A DNA stretch of 64,000 bases. Origin: Williopsis jadinii. Taxonomy: Eukaryota. Below are positions 20,515-32,408 of the stretch, piece by piece. Position numbers and translations under genes: made by a program. How positions within the stretch are numbered: the stretch's first letter is position 1; each line of letters starts with the position of its first letter. The notes under the pieces are model-generated. The model had not been told where the DNA came from, did no database searches, and worked only from the letters and a program-made list of their open reading frames with translations. Location of the stretch: contig AP024667.1 in the NCBI GenBank assembly GCA_024346625.1, positions 1,116,001 through 1,180,000 of the forward strand, in the 5' to 3' direction.

Positions 20515-23461
20515 ATGAGATTCAGTCCTATTGAGCACCATGGGCCCTGTATTGCTGTCAAGTTCTACTCCGATGAGCTGCTGCTCGTGGGTAACGGCCC
20601 GCTGCTGAAAGTGTATAACCACATCACTGGTGAGGTGCTCACGTCGAAGAAGATCTTCAAGAGAAACAAGATCCACGGTATCGTTTTCCAGAGAGACACC
20701 GTCGGCATCTACGGTGCACGGTCGTTCTCGATCCTCTCAATGTCCCAGATTCTGGAGGATGACGCGCTGTATGAGGAGGAGAAGATGGTGAACGACTGGA
20801 TCATAGCTGGCGAGTTCTGCTCCAAGGGATGGGAGCTATACTTGCTCACGGCGCATAACGTGGTTCTGAGCGTGGACTCATACTCAAAGACACTGCAGTG
20901 GGAGCGCTCTGTCTTTGGAGAAAAGTCCATCCTGTACTCTGGTTCTATCAAGGTGCTGTCCCAGTGGGAAGTCATGGTCAACGCCGGTACCGTGATGGAT
21001 GGTATCATCATTTGGGACTTGCATAGACAGGAGGTTGTCCATGCTCTGAAAGGCCACGAGGGATCGATATTCAGTGTCCAATCAAGTGCCGAGAACAAGT
21101 ACATAGTGTCCTGTTCGGACGACCGTTCGATAAAGCTGTGGTCTGCGAAGACCGGTGAGTTGAAGTCAACAGCATGGGGCCATACTGCCAGAATCTGGAA
21201 TTTGAAGTTCATCGGCGACGAAGGTGTTGTCAGTGTTTCCGAGGATTTAACCGCAAGAACCTGGAGAATCACTGAAGACGAACAACTGGTCCCAGTCCAC
21301 ACCTACGAATTGCACAATGGTAGACATATCTGGGGGTTGGACGTCAATGCAGAGGGCACCATTGCAGCAACTGGTGGTAATGATGGAAGAGTCAGACTCA
21401 TCGACATAACCGTGGATAAGGTTGACAGAGAAAGTGAGACGTTCACGTTGGAACAGATTGCCTCACAATGTCAAGACGACTATCAAGTCCAAAAGAAGGA
21501 AATTGTGAAAGGATTCTGGCAATTGCAATGTGGACTGGTGCTAATCACCTCATTCGGAGGCATCTTCCAATACAGAGATGGTAAGTGGAGCTTCGTTGCT
21601 CAGAAGCCCGAGTTCAACAATCTCACATTGACAAATGGCTTTACGAACCAGAATGTCATGACCTTCACTGGAAGCAATGGCCATACTGTGCTGATGAAGT
21701 TCGATCAAGAGGGTAAACTAATTCACGAGGAAGCGATCCATACCCCGGTGTCTAAAGTTATCAACGTCCTGTCAGCAGTACATGAGGACGATCTTTACTT
21801 GCTGGTTGAGTCACCAAATAAACAGGACAAGCTCACCTTATATGCCCTCAAAGACTCGCTTCAAGTGACAAGACAACTGCAATTAACGAAGGCTCCAACG
21901 TTTGTTACAACGTGCTTTGAAGTGAGCTCGACGTTGATATTCATGGGCTTCCGTCTAAGTTCATTGGGCATTTACGACTTGGAAACGGGTGAGGAGCTCA
22001 AACTTATCAAGAAGCTATCTCTCAGTGATACCATCACTTCCATAAGACTGCTACAAGAGACCGGAGACGACGTCTTATTGGCCATCACGAATAGAGATGG
22101 TCTCTATGTCTATTTGAGATACAACAAGAGTTCTAATGAACATGTGTTCGTGCACACGAACAACATCAGAAAGGGATTTCTTGAAGGCTCTTTGACCGAT
22201 GCTGACAGTAACGACTTCATCGTATATGGGTTCAAATCGAGCTGGTTCTACATATACAACGAATCTCGTGATTTCGAAGTTGCGTATGAGAACTGCGGTG
22301 GTGCTCATCGCATCTGGAAGCTGTTCCATGACAGCAACGGTTATAAGTTCGTGTACGTACGTGATGGTTCGTTGCACATACGCAATGTTCCAAAGAGTCC
22401 TCTGCCATTGGTCCTGAGTGAGGGAACCCATGGCCGGGAGATTAGAGACATTGCTGTCAGACAAGGCTGTGAAAAGTCTGCTGAACATCACCGGTGCTGA
22501 GGACACCACCATGAAACTGAGTACAATGGATAAGACCACAGGCCAATTGAGAAACTACTGGACCGTCAGAAAGCACACATCTGGTTTACAGAAGGTTAAG
22601 TTCTTGAGCGAAGACTTGGTGGCATCGAGCTCTGCGAGGGAAGAGTTCTTCGTGTGGAGAATTGACGAGCAGTTTAAATATCCATTGATTGCGCTTATTG
22701 GAACGTTGCAACCGTCATCAACAAATCCTGACTTGAGAATCATGGACTTCAGTCATAAGTTTGTCTATCAAGACGGCTCTGTTGTGGGTGTTTTCTTCGT
22801 GAACGTGTACTCCGACTCCACAATCAAGTCATTCTACTTCAACCTCTCTACAAACCAGTTCACGCCTGTGTTCTCTGGCCGTTATAAGACGTCGTGTCTG
22901 TGGGATGTCCGAATCCTGTTCCATGATGATAGCATCTACATCCTCGTTGGTGGAACAGATGGCCACTTGTCTGTGTGGAACGTTACACAGCAGGTTCCAT
23001 TCACACTTGCTGACGGACAATTACAATTACAGCAACTTGGAGAGACAAAGACCCTAAGCAAGTGGGACTGCCTTGTTCAGGTCCACCAAAATGGTATCAA
23101 AGATTTAGAGGTTTTCCCGGACGAGCAGGGCTTCTCAGTCGTCACAGCTGGTGACGATAATGGCCTGGGCCTTGTGAAGTTCATACTCAGCGACAGTGTT
23201 GTAGGCAAAGTAGTTGCATTTGAAGCATCTGCTGCGTCCTCTACAGTCACATCGCTATCTAAGATCTCCGGCAAGAGAGTCGCTGCGATTTCAGTCGATC
23301 AGACCTCGAGACTATGGAGCATTGACGGTGGTAAACTTGAGCTGTGTGATAGCTTGTACACCACAGTTGCAGATACTGGTTCATCTGATGCTACAACCAT
23401 TGGTGGGAAGGACTACTTGCTTGTTGGAGGAATCGGGCTGTCGCTCTGGGAGGTTGTCTGA
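20515..23461 (+). CDS. RTT10: WD40 protein Rtt10/Trm734 (WDR6), partner of Trm7; reading frame split by a frameshift near 22450-22490
   Basis: ORF 20515-22500 (EKSILYSG, GHEGSIF, CGGAHR, HGREIRDI) continues in another frame in ORF 22418-23461 (TGAEDTT, HTSGLQ, DLRIMDF, VADTG). Adjacent to RTC6 as recalled for S. cerevisiae. Confidence 0.88.
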
Positions 23462-23471
23462 TACATATAAG

Positions 23472-23507
23472 ATACTGCAATACATAGATACTGCAATACA
23501 TAGATAC
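23472..23507. repeat. 16-bp tandem duplication in the RTT10 3' region
   Basis: ATACTGCAATACATAG twice, then ATAC. Confidence 0.75.
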
Positions 23508-23680
23508 GATCTGCGCTTACTGTCCCATTTGGGGTAACATTGTATGTATATTGTCGTTGTTTTGGCTTGTTCTATGGTGTCTTATGTACATGAGTGGAAA
23601 CCACCTCTCCAACAGTTTCCTCCACTTGCTTCCCTCCACTTGCTTCCCTCCCAGCACAGGAGAAGCGTATATCAACTCGT

Positions 23681-23917
23681 CTAACCTTGGCGTTGTTTGT
23701 GCTTCTTGTTGGTCTTGCAATACACATAGACCTTGCCTTTTCTTCTAACGACATAACAGTCATTGCATAGCTTCTTAACAGAGGTTCTCACCTTGAATCC
23801 ACGGGCAAGCGTTGGCTGTATAATGCCAAAGGTTTGGCCGTACAGCTGTTTTGTGAAAGGGCTGCTCGACGAGCAGCGTGAGGTGAACGCACTGATGGTT
23901 CTGAAGAACGAGCTCAT
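23681..23917 (-). CDS. RTC6: Mitochondrial ribosomal protein bL36m
   Basis: Presequence-like N-terminus followed by the L36 zinc ribbon [41 protein letters not shown] at 23917. Confidence 0.93.
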   Translation of the reverse strand: MSSFFRTISAFTSRCSSSSPFTKQLYGQTFGIIQPTLARGFKVRTSVKKLCNDCYVVRRKGKVYVYCKTNKKHKQRQG

Positions 23918-24023
23918 TGTTTGTTTGATCCACAGTGACACCTACGGGCTCTCTGTGATGTTGGATTAGTTCTGAGTCGATGATTGTCCGGTGGAGCGAA
24001 AATTTGTGTGCGCGGGCGGGTTT

Positions 24024-24068
24024 ACACCCGGACACCTAGTCACCCGGACATCTGATAACCCGGACACC
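24024..24068 (+). promoter_or_regulatory. Three Rap1-like sites (ACCCGGACA core) at a 16-bp period in the RTC6/PAN2 divergent promoter
   Basis: ACACCCGGACACC at 24024, TCACCCGGACATC at 24040 and TAACCCGGACACC at 24056; resembles the Rap1 consensus ACACCCRYACAY. Confidence 0.55.
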
Positions 24069-24160
24069 GCTTCGCGAACCTGTTTGTTTGTTTTGGTTCT
24101 TCTTCGTTTCCATCACCGTCTATCAACAAAGGAGCCTACAGCCACTTTCTAAGAGCCTCA

Positions 24161-27100
24161 ATGGCAAGTTCAGGGTCTCTAAACGGATGGAGAGAGGTGA
24201 GTTGCCACTGTAGAGCCATGCTCTCTTTACTCTGCCCAGCTCAAGCTACTGACCGCCACGTTTTAGATCTCAAGGGTCCCAGCAACAAGCCCAGCTAGGG
24301 ACAAGACATCAAAGGCTAAGGCTACATGCTCAGCGTTTGACGAGCAATGCGATTTGGTATGGGTTGGTGACTCGTTTGGATACATTCGCTCGTTTGAAGG
24401 ACCTCAGCTGTCAAACTATACCAAATTCAAGGCGCATTTATCGCCCGTGAAGCGCCTAATATCACACCATAAGGGCATCATCTCGACGGATGGTATCTCT
24501 CTGAGACTGACGAGCAGAAGAGGGTTGGTGGTATTCGACATTGACAGCTCGACAAATCCAGAGCTCACAAGCATCTCTAGCATCTCCCTTGTGGGCACAA
24601 ATGAGCTTTTGGTGTCAACAGATAGAGCATTGTTGAGGTTTGACGTTGTCAAAACACAGGTCATCAAAACCATCCCGTACAATAAAGAGGTTTCACTGAT
24701 GGCTTCAAATAAGAGATATGCAGCGTTGGCCTCGAGTAATGACAATGTGGATATCTACGAGGTCAAAAGTGAAACCGTGGTGGCACACTTCCAGGTGAAC
24801 TTCTCCAAGATCACAGGATTAGACCTCAAAGAACAGACCCTCGTGGTTTGTGGAACAACTGACCGTCACGGAGTTGCTAGGTTCAATACATGGGTCTCGG
24901 TGTATGATCTACGAACTCAGGCACCACTGAACCCTATAACTTCACCAGATGGCGCTGAGTTTGTCAGGTTGCATCCAAGATTACCCAGTGTGGCTCTCAT
25001 AGCGTCGCCTCAAGGACTGGTGCAATCTGTGAACATGTTTGATCCAGACAGCTCGACATATTTCCCTGTACAAGCAGACTCATTGACATCGTTTGAATTG
25101 TCGTCAACGGGAGATTTCCTCTGTATGGTTGATAACGCGTCAATCTTACACCTGTTTTGTTTGGACCCAGACCATTCGGCAATGTCCAAGAGGGTGGCCA
25201 TTGAACATCCTGATGTTGTAAAACCACATCCATTCGTTTCAGTGAACGATTCGGAGTTTTCGTTGAATCAGATTGGAATGCCTTACTACAGGGAAACCTT
25301 GCTTTCAGCTTGGCCGTCCCATATTTCGTTTAGAAGCCCGGGAACCTTCTCAAGACCAATTGACATGTCACTATTGAGAAACGCTATCAACGAAAATGAT
25401 CTGATATCTGCACCATACAGCAAGGAGAAGTACGGCTCAAGGAACGAAATGAAACCATATGTCTCGATGTCTCAGTCGAATGAACCAGCAAGAAAGTTCT
25501 TGAGTAATAAGAAGAATAATGTTAAGGCTTCAGGAAAGACCTCGAAGGTGTTCCAATACATCTCGTCATCGCCGAACACGGTTCCAAACGCTTTCAAAAA
25601 GATGGAAATCTCGTACAGTAAGTTTGGTATCGACGACTTTGACTTTGACTTTTACAACAAAACGCAGTTTTCTGGTCTTGAATCTCACGTTGATAATTCT
25701 TATACGAATTCACTCTTACAGCTTTACAGATTTGTTCCAGAGTTTTTCAACTTCATCATTAAGAACTTGGCTGTTGAGAACTTGAACGAGGATTCCTTGT
25801 TGACTGAATTAGGGTACCTGTACGATATGCTTGCTAAAGCACATGGAAAACACTACAGGCCAACAAATTTCCAACACACCTTATCAAATAACGAATATGC
25901 ACGCAAGTTCGATCTGATTAAAACAGATGATATAAGTCCACAAGATACAGATCTTGCCAGAAGGCTTAAGGATTTCAATAAGTTTCTTTTGCACAAACTA
26001 GCTGATGATGAGAAACAAGTGAATGTTGGGTCTGCAAGACTTGACGTATTTCCTCAGCTCCTTGGTATTAGAACCGAAGTTATCGAAAGATGGATATATT
26101 CTAACAATACAAACATCGATCACAGATGTATATTCACGTTGGACGTTAGATCTCCACTTGCAAACAACGCAACTTCAGTGCTGAGTGATAATGGAAATGT
26201 CTCAATCATTCACTACATACAATCTTCCATGAACAGAGTCTCTCGAGCTGCTGACGATCTTCCTGGTGGTTATCAAGATATCAAGGATACATCGACAACA
26301 GTTGTTGCCCTTCCTCCAGTATTGTCTTGTAACCTTGATCTACTGGAGGTTGATAAAGTCCAGATTAGAAATAATAAAGATTGGTTTAAGGATAGGTTTA
26401 ATGCATTCAAAAATGGGTCAGGCTACGTATTGACAGAACAGCAGCCTGGATCAGAGGACTTGGACTTTTGCAAACAATACGAAGTGGTTGGCTTTGTCTG
26501 TGAAATTGCTGGTGAGAGAGATAATGATAGTCATTTGGTTACATTTGTTAAAATTCCTAACGAGGAGACCGGTACGACCGACTGGCATCTCTTTAACGAC
26601 TTCCTGGTCATGCCGATACCAGAGGAGGAAGTCTTCAACATGTCATACTGGTGGAAAACACCACTGACCATTGTCTATAAAAGAGTCACTTCGGTGGCAG
26701 TTCCATTCCAATATGACTGTTGGAAGAACGATTTGAATGACCAAATCCTCTATCGTGATCATTTTGCATCTGCCATTAGGGAATCAAGACGTCTCGAATA
26801 CAAGCTGTTAACACGGGAAGAGGCCCCCCATCCTGGGTCATTAATAGCTATTGATGCTGAATTTGTTATCCTTGAAAACGAACAATATGAGATTGGGAAT
26901 AGTGGTATAAGATCATTACTCAAACCCAAGAAGTCAGCTTTGGCTCGTGTTTCTGTGCTTAGGGGGGACGACGGTGAGAACTATGGTGTTCCGTTTATTG
27001 ATGATTATGTTGCTGTCAATGAACCTATTACAGACTACCTGACATCCTTCAGTGGTATCGAGCCTGGCGACTTGGATCCATCTACAAGTACGAGAATGCT

Positions 27101-27467
27101 CGTGACAAGACAGACTGTCTATAGGAAACTCTGGCTTCTATTAAACCTTGGCTGTGTATTTGTCGGACATGGTTTGATAATGGATTTCAGGACAATCAAC
27201 ATATGCGTTCCCAAAGAACAGGTTCGTGATACTGCGGTGTTCTTTCACAAGGGTCAAAGAATTCTTTCCTTGCGGTTCTTAGCATACATTCTGCTAAATG
27301 TCAAGGTGCAATTGGGTAATCATGACTCCATCGAGGATGCTTATACTGCGTTGTTGATCTACAAGGAGTATCTGGAGTTACAAAGAAGTGGTCAATTCGA
27401 GGAGACCTTGGATCGAATCTTCCATGAAGGACAAGCGTTGAAGTTCAAACCTCCTGGAGAAGACTGA
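24161..27467 (+). CDS. PAN2: Poly(A) nuclease catalytic subunit; exons 24161-24196 and 24267-27467
   Basis: WD40 region, pseudo-UCH domain (YSKFGIDDFDF) and DEDD nuclease (AIDAEFV, HDSIEDA). Exon 1 MASSGSLNGWRE splices in frame to ISRVP. Confidence 0.95.
24197..24266 (+). other. 70-nt spliceosomal intron of PAN2
   Basis: 5' GTGAGT, branch TACTGAC at 24247, 3' TTTTAG. Its removal supplies the otherwise missing ATG in frame. Confidence 0.88.
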
Positions 27468-27826
27468 ATATTCAATGGAGGATTAGCATACGTCGTTAGA
27501 GACTATACCATGGTGACTATACTGAACACAATGTCTCTTGGGGAATGTGAACAACAGAAATAAAAGAAAGGATGTCTCAGAGATGATCAAATCTTCCTCT
27601 TTCATCCGAACGAGTTGCAACGGTGCTTCTGAGTCTCTCCCTTCAACTTGTAACAACCAATTGGTTGTCATGGTTTACATCCATGGCTCTGACCTGTGCG
27701 AACTCTCCTTCACAGCTTCAAACTACATGATCTACGAGAATATAAAAGACTATTCAAGGTTGAAATCTCCTGGTTACATGTGTACTCACTGATATATACC
27801 TGGTACTCTATAACGGCAATTCACCT

Positions 27827-30800
27827 CTAAATTCTGAGGATTCTAAGGTTGAAGATGGTGTCGTTAATGGATTGTTCCTCTCTATCAACAACAACCTCTT
27901 TGTCAGAGTCTGAGAATGGCTCTAGTGAACCTCTCAATGTCTTATCGAGAAGATCCTTGTGTGTAGAGACAACTTGCTCGAAATCGATGGTATCCTTAAC
28001 CAACTCATACTGGACAATGACATCGTCTGTAGCTTCCAATCCACCCTTCTTTCTCAATCTCTGGATACGGTTAAGCAGCTCACGTGCCAAACCCTCAGTC
28101 TTGAGCTCTGGATAGATGTTGATGTCCAAGATGATCAACACGTCCTGGTCGGTTCTAACCTCCTGGCCCTCAGTTGACTTGCCCTCTGGAAGACCTCTTT
28201 GAATTGTCAAGTCTTCAGAGACAAGCTCGATTCCGGCAACAGTAACCTTACCAGAAGAGGCAAAGGCTTCAACCTCTGCGGATGTGAGAAGCGGAAGAGC
28301 ATCCTTGACCTTTTTGGCATCCTTCTTCAGCTTCTTTCCCAGCACTGGCCAGTCGGCAACGGCCTTATACTCGACACCGTACTTCTTCTCGTCAGAGGTG
28401 ATGACTAGGTCACGGACGTTGAGTTCCTCGATGATGTAAGACTTGAGGGCTTCGATATCGTTCAGGTATTCCTGGTCGCCATGCAAGATGACCATCTGCT
28501 TCAATGGTGTCTTCAAAGAGATCATCTTCTTCTCACGAATGTTTCTACCAAGTTCGATAACAGTCTGCATACGCTTGATTGCGGTCTCGATCTTCTCATC
28601 GAACAACTCTTCACGAACAGTTGGGTACGACAAGAAGTGGACAGATCTTACATCCTTGGTGTACTTGGCTAGTTCATCTTCGGAGTACAAGGCCCTCAGT
28701 CTTTGGTAGATGGTGTCGGACAAGAATGGTGTGAATGGAGCCATGGCACGAGACATCACGAAGAGAGCCTCGGTCAGTGTGTTCAAGGACTTCTTGGTGT
28801 CGTCGAGAGAAACCTCGCCCTTGAGACGACGACGATTGAATCTGATGTACCAGTTCGTCAGCTCGTCAATGAAGTTCAGTAGTCTCGGAACGACAGTGTA
28901 CAGTCTGTACTCCTCCATCTCTTGATGAATGAACTTGATCAACGACTGCAAGGAGGCCAAGATCCACTTATCCATCACGTTGTCGGAGGTCACGCTGGCA
29001 CTGTACTGGAATTCAATGCCTTCGTTCTTCTTCAGAAGAGCAACAGAGCCCTCCAAGAACTTGACACAGTTCCACCATGGCAACAACACCTTGGAGACAA
29101 CCTCTTTGACACCTTCTTCCTTGAACTTCAAGGTCTCAGCACGCAACACTGGAGAGTTGATCAGATACAGTCTCAGGGCATCAGCACCGTACTTCTCCAG
29201 AACGATGGTAGGGTCCGGGTAGTTCTTGAGACGCTTGGACATCTTCTTACCATCAGCAGCCAACACAATACCGGACACAATGACGTTCTTGTAAGGAGCC
29301 GTGTTGAACAAGTGTGTACCCAGGACAGTCAGAGTGTAGAACCATCCTCTGGTCTGGTCCAAACCTTCCGAAATGAAGTTTGCTGGGAATCTCTCCTTGA
29401 ACTTCTTCTCGTTCTCGAATGGATAGTGTTGAGAGGCGTATGGCATCGAGCCGGACTCGAACCAACAGTCAAACACCTCCTCCACTCTTCTCAAGACACC
29501 CTTACCCTTCTGCGATGGGATGGTGATGTCGTCAATCTTGTCTCTGTGCAAGTCGGTGATGTCGTCTCTGCCGGAGAGCTTCTTCAACTCCTCAATGGAG
29601 CCGACACAGACAACCTCCTCAAAGTCCTCAGAGACCCACAATGGGATAGGCGTACCCCAGTAACGGTTTCTCGAGACATTCCAGTCACGGGCATTGGCAA
29701 TCCAGTTGGAGAATCTCTTCTCCTTGATGTTGCTTGGAACCCATCTCGTCTTGTCAACGTTCTCCAGCATGTCTGGGATGATGTCCTTGATACGAACAAA
29801 CCAGGCTGGAACCGTTCTATAAAGCAACGGAGTGTCTGATCTCCAGCAGAATGGATAGGAGTGTCTGATTTGAGAGTTCAGCAACAGCTTGCCTTGCTCA
29901 GTCAGGTGCTTGATGATCTTGGAGTCGGCGTCCTTCACGTACACACCTTCCCACAGGGTGACATCCTTGGTGAAGCAACCGTTGTCGTCCACTGGGTTTG
30001 GTGGTAGGAAGTCCTCTGTGATCACACCGGCAGCAGTTGCGGCGATGAAATCCTCTTCACCAAAGGCTGGGGCCTGGTGAACAATACCGGAACCAGAATC
30101 AGACGAGACGTAATCTGCGGCGATGACCTTGAAACCTCTGTCCTTGAACTTATCATAGAAGAAGTCGAACAACGGCTCGTACTTCAACCCGACAAGCTTC
30201 TTACCTGGGAATCTGTCGACAACTTTGAACTTCTCGTTCTGTGGCTTCTTGTACAATACCTTGATCAATGGCTCCATCAAGATGTAGTTCTTGCCAGTCT
30301 TTTCGTCCAAGATCTTGACGTACTCAAGCTCAGGGTGGACCGCCAGGGCGATGTTGGAAGGCAATGTCCATGGGGTGGTGGTCCACGCGACCAAGATGGT
30401 GTTTGGATCATCTTTCAAAGGGAACGCGATGGTCACGGCAGGATCAGCAACTTCCTTATAGTTCTGCTGGGCCTCAAAGTTCGCCAGAGGAGTGGTCAAG
30501 CCGGTGGAGTAAGGCATGACCCTAACACCTCTGTAGACTTGGTTCTTGTCGAAGAGCTGCTTGAACACCCACCAGACGGACTCCATGAACTCCGGGTACA
30601 GAGTCTTGTAGTCGTTGTCGAAGTCGATCCAGCGCCCCAGACGGCCAATGGTCTTACGCCACTCATCGGCGTATCTCATCACAATGGCCCTACACTCGGC
30701 GTTGTACTTGTCGATTCCCATCGCCATAACGTCCTGCTTACCGGTGATACCAAGCTTCTTGTCAATCTCGTGCTCCACTGGCACACCGTGGGTATCCCAG

Positions 30801-31051
30801 CCGAATCTTCTCTCGACATGGAATCCGCACATGGTCGAATAACGTGGCACGATGTCCTTGATGGTGGATGCGAGGATATGGCCGTAGTGAGGCGTACCTG
30901 TGGCGAATGGTGGTCCATCAAAGAAGGCAAACTCTGGTTTGCCCTCTGTAAGTTCCATGGAACGGTGGAAGGCGTCAATGTCCTCCCACATGGCCTGGAT
31001 CTTCTCCTCCTCTCTTGGGAAGGAGAATGGTGCTGCTTGTTCCTCGGACAT
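27827..31051 (-). CDS. ILS1: Cytosolic isoleucyl-tRNA synthetase
   Basis: DGPPFATGTPHYGH (HIGH-type), GLDQTRGWFY and KMSKR motifs. ATG at 31051. Confidence 0.98.
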   Translation of the reverse strand: MSEEQAAPFSFPREEEKIQAMWEDIDAFHRSMELTEGKPEFAFFDGPPFATGTPHYGHILASTIKDIVPRYSTMCGFHVERRFGWDTHGVPVEHEIDKKLGITGKQDVMAMGIDKYNAECRAIVMRYADEWRKTIGRLGRWIDFDNDYKTLYPEFMESVWWVFKQLFDKNQVYRGVRVMPYSTGLTTPLANFEAQQNYKEVADPAVTIAFPLKDDPNTILVAWTTTPWTLPSNIALAVHPELEYVKILDEKTGKNYILMEPLIKVLYKKPQNEKFKVVDRFPGKKLVGLKYEPLFDFFYDKFKDRGFKVIAADYVSSDSGSGIVHQAPAFGEEDFIAATAAGVITEDFLPPNPVDDNGCFTKDVTLWEGVYVKDADSKIIKHLTEQGKLLLNSQIRHSYPFCWRSDTPLLYRTVPAWFVRIKDIIPDMLENVDKTRWVPSNIKEKRFSNWIANARDWNVSRNRYWGTPIPLWVSEDFEEVVCVGSIEELKKLSGRDDITDLHRDKIDDITIPSQKGKGVLRRVEEVFDCWFESGSMPYASQHYPFENEKKFKERFPANFISEGLDQTRGWFYTLTVLGTHLFNTAPYKNVIVSGIVLAADGKKMSKRLKNYPDPTIVLEKYGADALRLYLINSPVLRAETLKFKEEGVKEVVSKVLLPWWNCVKFLEGSVALLKKNEGIEFQYSASVTSDNVMDKWILASLQSLIKFIHQEMEEYRLYTVVPRLLNFIDELTNWYIRFNRRRLKGEVSLDDTKKSLNTLTEALFVMSRAMAPFTPFLSDTIYQRLRALYSEDELAKYTKDVRSVHFLSYPTVREELFDEKIETAIKRMQTVIELGRNIREKKMISLKTPLKQMVILHGDQEYLNDIEALKSYIIEELNVRDLVITSDEKKYGVEYKAVADWPVLGKKLKKDAKKVKDALPLLTSAEVEAFASSGKVTVAGIELVSEDLTIQRGLPEGKSTEGQEVRTDQDVLIILDINIYPELKTEGLARELLNRIQRLRKKGGLEATDDVIVQYELVKDTIDFEQVVSTHKDLLDKTLRGSLEPFSDSDKEVVVDREEQSINDTIFNLRILRI

Positions 31052-31114
31052 TCTTTCGTTAGTCCTTTTTTTGTCCTTGTCCAAAGAAAGAGAGAGACTG
31101 TTCTATGTGTTCGA

Positions 31115-31167
31115 TGACTCTTTTTTCTGTTGACGGTTTTTTTTTTCATCGCCAACCTGCTGACTCA
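31115..31167. promoter_or_regulatory. Gcn4-type sites upstream of ILS1
   Basis: TGACTC at 31115 and TGACTCA at 31161. ILS1 is under general amino acid control in S. cerevisiae. A Reb1-like TTACCCG lies at 31180. Confidence 0.6.
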
Positions 31168-31333
31168 ACTCTCGACATCTTACCCGTTAGAGTTCCGGGA
31201 CTTTCCACCCTCGGTCGCTTTCTGCATGGGACTTGGACTGCATTACGCTAATGCTTCACTTTGGACAAAATAATTTTGACATTTACGATGCGTCTATACG
31301 ATGATGTCAAGAGAGACTAACGAGACTTGAGCC

Positions 31334-32389
31334 ATGTCCAGACCACTACGCACAACGATAGTCATGGACAACATTCCATCGGACTGGATCATCGGAATAG
31401 ATTTCAACTTCTTCAACTCCAACAGTATCCTTAGGGGTATAAAGCTCATTGGTCAAGGCCTACACGTTGTGCACTGGGCCCAGGACAGTTCCAGTATAAG
31501 GTCTGGTTACTACTTCAACGCTCAAGAGGGCGACGTGCTGGTGATGTACTGGGACACTGCTAACGAGACCATGCTTATAGGGGATGAGGTTGGTGAAGTG
31601 AACATCAAGAGGCACATGGAGTCGTTATCACAGTACTACCCATATATGGTTGGCTACCCCAACGGTGTGTCACAATGGTTGAGACAGGTAAGGCACCTCA
31701 AGTGGAATCAGGTGGAGTACATCTTACCCCATGGACGAATTGATAGTGTGGTGACGTCGACAGACGAGAACAACTTACTTCTGAAGACATTGCAGTCGTA
31801 TTCGAAGAACAAGAACATCTCAAACGACCCTATCGTCAACTCCATCATTGACCAAAGCGATGTCGAGCTGAAGTTCACGCTCATTGATCTCAGTAGCCAA
31901 ATAAGGCCGAACAGCTCACCGGAGCAGAAGACCAAAGATTCACTGGACTCGTCGTGGTTTGTGAGGACTCTGCTGGTCACTGGGTTTAACAACAACGAGG
32001 ATTCCCTGATGGGGGAATTCGAGCTGGCGTATGTGAATATGGTGATCTTCGCCAATTACAGCTGTTCTGTCCAGTGGCTGAAGATTATGAAAGTGATGTT
32101 GAATTGCAAGGAGCTGGTCTCAGAAAGAGTGTCATTGTTTGACAAGTTTGTATCCCAGTTGTACGCCATGTTCGAACAGTTCCCAGAGGAGTACTTTACT
32201 GAATTCGTCGATGACTCCTTTCTAGAGACTAACGTCGGTGAATTTGACTTCACTGTGAAGGAGCTGGGGCTACACGCACTCGTGAGGAAAGTAATAGACC
32301 TGAAGCAACTCCTCTCCCTGAGGTTTGGAGTGGTGATCCAAGGACTCGTGGAAGATGACGAGGACGGCCCTGTTATCGTTGATCTATGA
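31334..32389 (+). CDS. AAR2: U5 snRNP assembly factor
   Basis: 351 aa with IGID..F, RGIKLI...LHVVHW and GEFELAY motifs. Close to ILS1 as recalled for S. cerevisiae. Confidence 0.85.
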   Translation: MSRPLRTTIVMDNIPSDWIIGIDFNFFNSNSILRGIKLIGQGLHVVHWAQDSSSIRSGYYFNAQEGDVLVMYWDTANETMLIGDEVGEVNIKRHMESLSQYYPYMVGYPNGVSQWLRQVRHLKWNQVEYILPHGRIDSVVTSTDENNLLLKTLQSYSKNKNISNDPIVNSIIDQSDVELKFTLIDLSSQIRPNSSPEQKTKDSLDSSWFVRTLLVTGFNNNEDSLMGEFELAYVNMVIFANYSCSVQWLKIMKVMLNCKELVSERVSLFDKFVSQLYAMFEQFPEEYFTEFVDDSFLETNVGEFDFTVKELGLHALVRKVIDLKQLLSLRFGVVIQGLVEDDEDGPVIVDL

Positions 32390-32408
32390 ATGGTTGATTC
32401 TCATAGTT

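Noticed and set aside
31052..31070. Branchpoint-like GACTAAC...AAG just before the ILS1 ATG (minus strand)
   Set aside because: No convincing 5' splice site at a suitable position, and the CDS is complete without splicing.
28922..31117. Long antisense ORFs (305 and 346 aa) over ILS1; likewise 39601-40641 over VMA2 and 19650-20534 over STS1
   Set aside because: Shadow ORFs opposite conserved, codon-biased genes, with no recognisable protein features.
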